Position numbers and translations under genes: made by a program. DNA of 64,000 bases. It comes from Alphaproteobacteria bacterium. Lineage in GTDB: Bacteria; Pseudomonadota; Alphaproteobacteria; MPNO01; UBA830. The notes under the pieces are model-generated. The model had not been told where the DNA came from. It made no database searches and saw nothing but the letters and a program-made list of their open reading frames with translations. The stretch lies in contig OZ251539.1 of the NCBI GenBank assembly GCA_965243135.1, forward strand, positions 4,320,001-4,384,000, read 5' to 3'. Below are positions 32,056 to 39,494 of the stretch, piece by piece; position 1 is the first letter of the stretch; each line of letters begins with the position of its first letter.

Positions 32056-32534
32056 GGCACGTCGGGATCCCCGTGAAGGGCGAACTGCTCGAGCCCGGCG
32101 TCCTGCGCATCGATGGTGCGGAAACTTTCTTTCACGCCGGCGTCCGTCAGTTCCCGGGAAACCGTCAGCAGCGTGTTCGGCGCCAGCCCGTCGCATAGCG
32201 CCGCCATCTGCTCCATCTCCTCGCGCGCGACGCCCGAAGCCGCCGCGGTCGACGGCGCGCCGTAGATCTCCACGAAATGCCCCGCAAGGCGCTCCGCCAG
32301 GACGTCGAACTCCTGCGGTTCAATTCGGGTCACCGCGACGAAAGTGACGCGCCCGAAGGTTTCGACGCCCAGCCAGCCGTTGGCGAATGCCTGGCGCGCC
32401 TTGCCGGCGAGGTCGGCCTCCGTCCAGTTGGAGAACTCGAACCCGCCCGAAATGCACCATTCGCCGGTGCGCGCCGGACTATAGAAGACGTTCAGGTCGC
32501 TTTCGTCGAAATGAATCGCGCGCGCCAGGTTCAC
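32049..32534 (-). CDS. DUF6505-like conserved protein
   Basis: LARAIHFDESDLNVF..ARTGEWCISGGFEF..AFANGWLG; overlapping operon junctions. Confidence 0.75.
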   Translation of the reverse strand: MNLARAIHFDESDLNVFYSPARTGEWCISGGFEFSNWTEADLAGKARQAFANGWLGVETFGRVTFVAVTRIEPQEFDVLAERLAGHFVEIYGAPSTAAASGVAREEMEQMAALCDGLAPNTLLTVSRELTDAGVKESFRTIDAQDAGLEQFALHGDPDVPH

Positions 32535-33241
32535 GGCCAGATCTCCCGGTCCAGCAATTCGGTCAGCGGCAGCAGCCGCGTGGTTCCGCCGTGCCGCAAC
32601 AGCATGCCGAAACGTTCGTCGATCCCGACGAACGTGCCGGAGAGCGGCGGCCGGCGCCGGTCGAGCGAAACGTCCTCCCCCATGCGGTGCGCCAGTCCGC
32701 GCCACTCCGCGTGCAGCGGCTCCGGCCCCTCGTCCAGCCAGCGGTTGACCCACGACAGGGTGTGGCGCGACCAGCTTTCCAACAGGCGAAGCGGCGCGAC
32801 CTCGGCGCAACCCTCCTCGTAAAGCGACGTTCGATCCGGCGCGGCGCCCGGCGCCTCGGGATCCTCCGGCAGCAGCGGCACCTCGATTCCGACCACGAGC
32901 CAACCGGGATCCGACGCGGCGGCGCGCAGCCGCCCGCAACTCGCTCCGTTGACCAGGACGCCGCCGTCCCAGGTCAGGTGCACGGCGACCTCGGGCGGCG
33001 CCAGCGCCCCGAGCGCGTTCTGGAATCCGACGCCGCAGGCGGGCAACATCGCGACCGCGTCCTCGAGCGGCACCTCGGGCGCGAATACGACGGCGGCCGC
33101 CAGCCGGTCGGCGCCGACGTTGTGGACGATCAGCCCGGAGTCGCACCCCAGCGCCGCCTCGGCGCAGGCCTTGTCGAAAGGATCCGTCCTGCCCTCGACG
33201 GCCTGTCCGTGGAACAGGGGCGGGAAGACCGGAGCGCTCAT
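32531..33241 (-). CDS. Biotin/lipoate-protein ligase-like protein (DUF4444 C-terminus)
   Basis: FAPEVPL, LGALAPPEV, W..GVLVNGASCG, TSLYEEGC, GTFVGIDERFGMLL (BPL-like C-terminal SH3). Confidence 0.78.
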   Translation of the reverse strand: MSAPVFPPLFHGQAVEGRTDPFDKACAEAALGCDSGLIVHNVGADRLAAAVVFAPEVPLEDAVAMLPACGVGFQNALGALAPPEVAVHLTWDGGVLVNGASCGRLRAAASDPGWLVVGIEVPLLPEDPEAPGAAPDRTSLYEEGCAEVAPLRLLESWSRHTLSWVNRWLDEGPEPLHAEWRGLAHRMGEDVSLDRRRPPLSGTFVGIDERFGMLLRHGGTTRLLPLTELLDREIWP

Positions 33242-34299
33242 GCGTGCCCGTTCTCGATCAGAGAGCGCGCGACCCGCCGGAACGTTTCGGCCGGCGGCGA
33301 GGACGGCTTCGAAACGACGATCGGGGCGCCGCCGTCGGCGCCGAGGCGGATGTCCGCGTGGATGGGGATTTCGGCGAGCAGCGGAACGCCCAGCTTCGCC
33401 GCCTCGGCGGCGACGCCGCCATGGCCGAACACGTGCTCCTCGTGGCCGCAGTTCGAGCAGACGTGAGTCGACATGTTCTCGATCATGCCGAGGATCGGCG
33501 TCGACATCCGCCGGAACATGTCGATGCTCTTGCGCGTGTCGAGAAGCGCCACGTCCTGGGGCGTCGAGACCACGACCGCCCCGGTCACCTCGGCCTTCTG
33601 CGTCAGGGTCATCTGCACGTCGCCCGTGCCCGGCGGCAGGTCCGCCACCAGCACGTCCAGCGCGCCCCACTGCACCTGCTCGAGCATCTGCTGGAGCGCG
33701 CCCATCAGCATCGGCCCGCGCCAGACCACCGCCTCGTCCTCGCGCGTCATCAGGCCGATCGACATCATGGTCACGCCGTGGTTGCGCATCGGCAGGATGG
33801 TCTTGCCGTCGGGCGAGGCCGGACGGCCCGAGACGCCGAGCATCCGCGGCTGGGAGGGACCGTAGACGTCGGCGTCGAGCAAGCCGGTGCGGCGGCCTTC
33901 GGCGGCGAAAGCCACCGCGAGATTGGAGGCGACCGTGGACTTGCCGACTCCGCCCTTGCCCGACGCGACGGCGAGGATGCGGTCGATGCCCGGAATCTTC
34001 TGCGGTCCCTGCGGCTCGGCCCGGCGGCCGAGATCGAGCGGCGGCGGCGCCGCCCGGTGCGCCGACATGACGACCGAAACCGATTCGACCCCGGGAACCG
34101 CCCGGACGGCGTCCTCGGCCGCCGCGCGTACCGGCTCCATGGCTTCGGCGCGCTTGGGGTCGATCTCGATTACGAGTCGGACCGCGCCGTTCTCCACCGC
34201 AAGTGCGCGTCCCAGGCCGGCCGACACGAAATCCTGGCCGCTGACGGGATCGGCGACCGTCCGAAGCGCCGCCAGCACGGTCTCGCGCGTCGCGGTCAT
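33238..34299 (-). CDS. apbC: Mrp/ApbC Fe-S cluster carrier ATPase
   Basis: ASGKGGVGKST, DADVYGPS, WRGPM, DLPPGTGD, ENMS..CSNC. Confidence 0.93.
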   Translation of the reverse strand: MTATRETVLAALRTVADPVSGQDFVSAGLGRALAVENGAVRLVIEIDPKRAEAMEPVRAAAEDAVRAVPGVESVSVVMSAHRAAPPPLDLGRRAEPQGPQKIPGIDRILAVASGKGGVGKSTVASNLAVAFAAEGRRTGLLDADVYGPSQPRMLGVSGRPASPDGKTILPMRNHGVTMMSIGLMTREDEAVVWRGPMLMGALQQMLEQVQWGALDVLVADLPPGTGDVQMTLTQKAEVTGAVVVSTPQDVALLDTRKSIDMFRRMSTPILGMIENMSTHVCSNCGHEEHVFGHGGVAAEAAKLGVPLLAEIPIHADIRLGADGGAPIVVSKPSSPPAETFRRVARSLIENGHA

Positions 34300-34499
34300 T
34301 CGGCCTTTCCGCCGATCCGCCCCTCCACCGTGTGCGTGAGATCGAGCTCGTCGATCGTCAGGACCACCCGCGCGGCGAAGGTCCTGCCGTCCGTCTTCTC
34401 CGGCCCGGCCTCGCGCACGGCTTTCTCTATCGCCTGCTGCGAGGTCACGCCGACCTGCTTCAGGAACCTGCGCATCGTCATGTTGAGTTCGTCGTTCAT
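34296..34499 (-). CDS. DUF6494-like small protein
   Basis: NMTMRRFLKQVGVTSQQAIEKAV; RBS AAGGGAG; overlap with apbC. Confidence 0.78.
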   Translation of the reverse strand: MNDELNMTMRRFLKQVGVTSQQAIEKAVREAGPEKTDGRTFAARVVLTIDELDLTHTVEGRIGGKAE

Positions 34500-34573
34500 G
34501 GCGCTCCCTTTCTTCCGCTTCCCGTCCGCGGGACGGTTTGTTAGGCTGCTCCGGCAAATCGGGAGGATCGCCC

Positions 34574-35350
34574 ATGCGGTTGAAGCACGGGCTGGCCGCA
34601 ATCTGCGTCGCGCTGTCGGTCGACGCGGCCGTCGCGCAGGACCGCCGCGTCACGCTCGCCGCCCCCGCCGAGCTGGCGGCGGACGGCTTTCTCAAATACG
34701 TCTTGCCGCGATTTTCGCTGAAGACCGGCATCCGCGTGGCCCCGGTCGGTTTCGACGAAGGCGGCGACGTCCTCCTCGGACCCGCGGTCGCGGACGGCCG
34801 GCCCGCCTTCGAGCGGGCGGGCGTCCTTTATCGCGTCGCCGCGCCGAACGGCGAATTCGCCCGGCGCTTCGCGGATTGGCTGGTTTCGGACGTCGGCCGG
34901 CGCACCGTCGAGGCGTTCGCGGCCGAAGGCGCGCCGCGCTACAGGGCGACGACCGCCGAGGACGCGGCGCGCGGCGAGACCGGGATCGCCGGCGACGCCG
35001 CGGTCGGCATGCGGCTCTCCTACGCGCGCTGCGGGCGCTGCCACGTGGTGGGACCGAAGAACCGCATGAAAGGTCTGGGATCGACCCCGTCCTTCGCCGT
35101 GCTGCGGACCCTGGAGGATTGGGAGGACAGATTCCATGCGTTCTACGCCCTCAATCCGCACCCCTCGTTCACGCAGGTCGAGGACGTGACCGAGCCGTTC
35201 GACGAAGCCCGGCCCCCGCCCATCGTGCCGCTCCGCCTCACCCTCGCCGACCTCGAGGCGATCGTGGCCTACGTGGCGACCGTGCGTCCGGCCGAACTGG
35301 CGGCGCCGCTCGTGCAGCCGCGCGCGCATCAGCAATCGTCGCCCAGGTAG
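34574..35350 (+). CDS. Exported c-type cytochrome with an N-terminal PBP-like segment
   Basis: RBS GGAGG, signal peptide, GFLKYVLPRFSLKTGI segment, single CGRCH heme motif. Confidence 0.75.
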   Translation: MRLKHGLAAICVALSVDAAVAQDRRVTLAAPAELAADGFLKYVLPRFSLKTGIRVAPVGFDEGGDVLLGPAVADGRPAFERAGVLYRVAAPNGEFARRFADWLVSDVGRRTVEAFAAEGAPRYRATTAEDAARGETGIAGDAAVGMRLSYARCGRCHVVGPKNRMKGLGSTPSFAVLRTLEDWEDRFHAFYALNPHPSFTQVEDVTEPFDEARPPPIVPLRLTLADLEAIVAYVATVRPAELAAPLVQPRAHQQSSPR

Positions 35351-37269
35351 TCGGCGGTCCTGATCCGGGGGCGCTGGCCCTGCGCGAACGGGCTGTTCTG
35401 CGCGTGATGCTGCGTCCTGACGCGGCAGTCGTCGCACATCCGGATGAGGCGCGACGCGTCCTCGCCCGCGAACATCGGGTGGCGGCCGGCGAGCTGCGCG
35501 GCGATCTTCTCGATGGCGGATTTCACCCCGAACGGCTTGCCGCATTCGATGCACTCGAACGGCTCTTCCTCGTTCAGCACCCTCTGCTCGAAGGCCGCGT
35601 CGGACAGGTCGAGCCGCGGCTCGAGCGCGACCGCGTTCTCGGGACAGACCTGGCGGCAAAGGCCGCACTGCAGGCAGGCGTCCTCCTGAAATCGCAGCTG
35701 CGGCCTGTCCGGATTGTCCGCGAGCGCGCCGGAAGGGCACAGCGAGGCGCAGGCGAGGCAAAGCGTGCAGGCCTCGGCGTCCACGCGCACCGCCCCGTAG
35801 GGCGCCGACGCGGGCAGCGGCAGAATCTCGTCGCTTCCCGGGTGCAGCGCCTTCGCCGCGAGCCGCGCCGCCTGGCGGCGCGAGCCCATCGGCAGCACCG
35901 GATCGCCGACGGGCGGCGCGGCGGACCGGCCGTAGAGCGCCTCGCACAGCGCGTCGGGATCGCCGACGTCCAGCAACCGCAGGCGCCCGGCTCCGCCGAG
36001 CGCCTCGGCCAGCTCCAGTTCCGAGTCGAGCGCCCCGCGCTCGGTTCGCGGCGAGACCAGAACGTCGACGGCCGCGAAGCCGCAGGCCAGGGCCGCCAGC
36101 ATTTCGGCGTGGCCGAATCCGGAAACCTCGCCGAGTTCGATCGGAACGACGTCGGCCGGCAGGCCGCGCCCGAACCGCGCCGACAGCGACACCATCTCGG
36201 CGCCGAAGCCGCCGTCGACGACCAGAAGGCGGGGCGACGCCCCCCCTGCCCGACGATAGGCGGACGCCAGCGTTTCGATTCGGCGAAAGAGGGCGGCCGG
36301 CGCCGGCGCGTCGTAGGAAACAGCGCCGGACGGACACAGCGCCGAGCACGCGCCGCATCCGGCGCAGACCATCGGATCGATCGCCACGTGGTCGCCGGCG
36401 GGCGCGATCGCTCCCGCCGGACAGGCGTCCACGCATTTGGCGCAGCCCGTCTGCCCGGCACGGGAATGCGCGCACAACGTTTCGTCGAGACGCACGTAGA
36501 GAGGCTTTTCGAAGGTGCCCACCGTCTGGCCGGCTTCGAAGACCGCGTCGGCGACCGCGTTGCGGTCGCCCGGGTCCGCGCGCAGATAGCCCTCTCGCGT
36601 TTCGTGCGCGGGAAAGAGCGGCGTCCCGCCGGACAGATCGAGTATGACGTCGCATTCCGTCGCCGCGCCGTCTCGCGGCTCGGAGAACGCGAACTCGCCG
36701 CGCCCTCCCGGCTCCACGCGGCGCAGGCCGTCGATGCCCAGGCTGAATCCCCCGAGCGCCCCGTTCGCTCGCGTCAGACGGCCGACGACCGTATCGAAAC
36801 GGCGGTCGAGCGGCGGATCTTCGGGCGGCTTCGGCAGCAGCGCGGTCACCGACAGCGCGTCGGCCAGCCGCGCCGCGGACGCCAGCGCGACTTCGGGATC
36901 GCCGAGGATCAGGCAACGCCCCTCGGACTCCACGTCGACGGTCCGGATTTCCTGCGGCGGCAGCAGGGCCTCCGCGACCAGCGCCGCCTGCTTCGGGCCG
37001 GCCTCGCCCGCCTCGTCCGACCAGCCCGCGCGGTCGCGGATGTCGATCAGCAAGGGCGGCGGCGCGCCGGCGTCGGCGGCGATCTCCTCGAAAAGGGCGG
37101 CCTCCTGCCGGCAGGCGATGGCGGCGCCCTCGGCGATGGCCGCCGCCGCCGCGTCCGCCTCGGCGGTGCAAAGGGCGCTGTGAATCCGCGAACAGGTCGC
37201 GCCCGCGCCAGCCTCGATGCTGCCGCGATCGACGCGCTGGCTGTTCAGACAATCGCAGACGACCAGCAT
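35329..37269 (-). CDS. 4Fe-4S binding (polyferredoxin-like) protein
   Basis: CDC..LC..ACRQE..IRDRAGWS N-terminus; several CxxCxxCxxxCP motifs; CIECG and CDDC. Confidence 0.9.
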   Translation of the reverse strand: MLVVCDCLNSQRVDRGSIEAGAGATCSRIHSALCTAEADAAAAAIAEGAAIACRQEAALFEEIAADAGAPPPLLIDIRDRAGWSDEAGEAGPKQAALVAEALLPPQEIRTVDVESEGRCLILGDPEVALASAARLADALSVTALLPKPPEDPPLDRRFDTVVGRLTRANGALGGFSLGIDGLRRVEPGGRGEFAFSEPRDGAATECDVILDLSGGTPLFPAHETREGYLRADPGDRNAVADAVFEAGQTVGTFEKPLYVRLDETLCAHSRAGQTGCAKCVDACPAGAIAPAGDHVAIDPMVCAGCGACSALCPSGAVSYDAPAPAALFRRIETLASAYRRAGGASPRLLVVDGGFGAEMVSLSARFGRGLPADVVPIELGEVSGFGHAEMLAALACGFAAVDVLVSPRTERGALDSELELAEALGGAGRLRLLDVGDPDALCEALYGRSAAPPVGDPVLPMGSRRQAARLAAKALHPGSDEILPLPASAPYGAVRVDAEACTLCLACASLCPSGALADNPDRPQLRFQEDACLQCGLCRQVCPENAVALEPRLDLSDAAFEQRVLNEEEPFECIECGKPFGVKSAIEKIAAQLAGRHPMFAGEDASRLIRMCDDCRVRTQHHAQNSPFAQGQRPRIRTADYLGDDC

Positions 37270-37396
37270 GGCGCCCAAAATTCCCTCCCCGGAACCCCGA
37301 ATTATCGTTTCGAAGGATGCCGGTTTCGAGTATACTGCAAGTCGTTCGCGCTGGCTATCGCGCCGGCGCCGGCCCGAGGAGGGAGCATCGCCGGCC

Positions 37397-37945
37397 ATGC
37401 AACCGACCGTCATTTCCCTTGGCGTGGTGATCCGGAGGTCGCCGGGCGCCACTCGCTGGGCGCGCTGGGCGTGGAAGGTCGTCGCCGTGCTACCGGGGGC
37501 GGGACCGGCCGACTGGAAGGAGCTGCGGCGCGACGGGGACACGGTCGAGTACCACGCCGCGACGGTCCCGCTCGAGCTCTGGGCGTCCGACGTCGAAGCC
37601 TATCTGGCCGGCCTCGAAACCCGGGCTCCGGCCGTCTACGTGGTGTTGCGGGAGGCGGAGGAGGGTTCGCGCCAAATCGAGGTGACCCTCGCCACCGCGT
37701 CGCCTTTCGAGGCGCAGGACTACATGGACAGCGGCGAGGAAGTCGTCGAACAGGTGGCGATGCCCCGGCAGCTGGCGGAGGCGGTCCGCGAGTTCGTCCG
37801 GGCGCATCATCGGGAAGAGCCCTTCGTCAAGCGCCGGCGCGACAAGAAGCGGATCGACCTGGTCGAGGACGGCAAGGGCGACCCGCGCATCCGGCAGGAG
37901 TCCGACGTCTATCGCGCGCCGCGGCGCGGGGAGCGCGTCCATTGA
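37397..37945 (+). CDS. DUF3305 domain protein
   Basis: LGVVIRR..TRWARWAW..AVLPG, TASPFEAQDY, FVKRRRD. Confidence 0.82.
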   Translation: MQPTVISLGVVIRRSPGATRWARWAWKVVAVLPGAGPADWKELRRDGDTVEYHAATVPLELWASDVEAYLAGLETRAPAVYVVLREAEEGSRQIEVTLATASPFEAQDYMDSGEEVVEQVAMPRQLAEAVREFVRAHHREEPFVKRRRDKKRIDLVEDGKGDPRIRQESDVYRAPRRGERVH

Positions 37946-38583
37946 GCGGGCGGCAGGATTTGGCCCGGCGGCAGGATTTCTGGTCGCGCCGCAAGGCGGC
38001 GGCGGCGGCCGAGGCGCTCGCGGAAACGCAGGCCGCGGAGGACGCGCGGACGGAAGAGCTGCGGCGGGAGATCGAGGAGAAAACGGATTCCGAGGCGCTG
38101 GCGGAACTGAACCTGCCCGATCCCGACACGATGCGGCGCGGCGACGACTTCTCGGCGTTCATGGCGAAGGCGGTGCCGGAACGGCTGCGCCGCCGGGCGC
38201 TGCGGCGGCTGTGGACGTCCAATCCGGTGCTGGCGAATCTCGACGAATTGCTGGAGTACGGAGAGGATTACACCGACGCCGCCACCGTGGTCGAGAACAT
38301 GCAGACCGTCTACAAGCTGGGCAAGGGCATGCTGGCGCAGGAGCCGTCCGAAGAAGACGCCGCGCCGCCGGACCCCGCGGAGGCCGAATCGGCCGTCGTC
38401 GCCGAGAACGACGGCGAGGACGCCGAAGACGGGGACGAGGACGCGCTGGGCCGCCCGGAAGAATCGGCGGCGGACGGAACGCCGGCGGAAGGATCGGACG
38501 AACCGGTCGACGCCGACCCGCGGCCGCGGCGGCGCATGCGATTCGCGTTCGCCGACGACGCGGCCCGCAGGGAGGGCTCATGA
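37942..38583 (+). CDS. DUF3306 domain protein
   Basis: FWSRRK, LPDPD, DFSAFM..VPERLRRRALRRLW..NPVLANLDELLEYGEDYT; TTGA overlap. Confidence 0.82.
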   Translation: MSGRQDLARRQDFWSRRKAAAAAEALAETQAAEDARTEELRREIEEKTDSEALAELNLPDPDTMRRGDDFSAFMAKAVPERLRRRALRRLWTSNPVLANLDELLEYGEDYTDAATVVENMQTVYKLGKGMLAQEPSEEDAAPPDPAEAESAVVAENDGEDAEDGDEDALGRPEESAADGTPAEGSDEPVDADPRPRRRMRFAFADDAARREGS

Positions 38584-39170
38584 CGGACCTGGCGCCGGAG
38601 GACCGGATGCGCGCCGACCTCTACGATTTTCTCGGCGCGCTGCTCGCGGCCCCGCCCGACGCGGCGCTGCTGAAGAAGTCCGCCGCCCTGACGGGCGACG
38701 AGAGCGAGATGGGCCGCGCGGTCCACGCGCTCAGCCGGGTCGCGGCTGCCGCTTCCCCCGCGACGGTGGAAAGCGAATACAACACGCTCTTCATCGGCGT
38801 CGGGCGCGGAGAGCTCCTGCCCTACGGCAGCTATTACCTCACGGGCTTCCTGAACGAAAAGCCGCTGGCGGCGCTGCGCGACGACATGAAGGCGCTGGCG
38901 ATCGACCGCGCGCCCGGCGTGTCCGAATCGGAAGACCACATCGCGAGCCTGTTCGAGATGATGGCCGGCATGATCACGGGACGGTTCGGCCGCCCCGTTC
39001 CACTGGACCGGTCGCGGGACTTTTTCAACAGGCACATCGGCAATTGGGCAAATTATTTTTTTTCGGACTTGAAAGGAGCCAGAAATTCGGTATTCTATGC
39101 GCCGGTAGGCTCTGTCGGCCATGCGTTCATGGACATCGAAAAGGAAGCTTTTCGAATGATTGCGGGCTAG
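38580..39170 (+). CDS. TorD/DmsD family molybdoenzyme chaperone
   Basis: EYNTLFIG, LLPYGSYY, SEDHIA, FFNRHI. Confidence 0.88.
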   Translation: MTDLAPEDRMRADLYDFLGALLAAPPDAALLKKSAALTGDESEMGRAVHALSRVAAAASPATVESEYNTLFIGVGRGELLPYGSYYLTGFLNEKPLAALRDDMKALAIDRAPGVSESEDHIASLFEMMAGMITGRFGRPVPLDRSRDFFNRHIGNWANYFFSDLKGARNSVFYAPVGSVGHAFMDIEKEAFRMIAG

Positions 39171-39222
39171 CCCGCACCACGGCCCGCCGCAGGGCGGGAC
39201 GCAAGAAGAGGAGGAAAAGTCG

Positions 39223-39402
39223 ATGGAAACCAAAGGCGAGAATCGCCGCGACTTCCTGAAGCTCGCGTCGGTTTCCGTTCCCGCGGCCGCCGCAGCGGCG
39301 TTGGCGGGGACGACGGCCGGGGCTGCGGTTCCCGACCGGAAGGGCGAGGGCATGCAGAACACCGCGCATACCCGCGCCTATTACGAAAGCGCCCGTTTCT
39401 GA
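39223..39402 (+). CDS. Small twin-arginine signal peptide protein of formate dehydrogenase loci
   Basis: RBS GAGGAGG, NRRDFLK Tat motif, HTRAYYESARF C-terminus. Confidence 0.8.
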   Translation: METKGENRRDFLKLASVSVPAAAAAALAGTTAGAAVPDRKGEGMQNTAHTRAYYESARF

Positions 39403-39494
39403 CGGGCGTTCGATGCGGCCAACGGTTGCGAGACGCCCGGCGGCCGTCGTGAAACCGGCGGACCGGCCCCGGCCGGGACGCTTATCGGAGAAAC

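Noticed and set aside
37949-37979. 13-bp tandem-like repeat GGCGGCAGGATTT at the start of the DUF3306 gene
   Set aside because: Short in-frame duplication (RQDL/RQDF) with no evidence of function.
33244-38583. 1779-aa plus-strand ORF
   Set aside because: GC-rich shadow frame overlapping apbC, the cytochrome and the ferredoxin genes; only the last 213 codons (DUF3306) look real.
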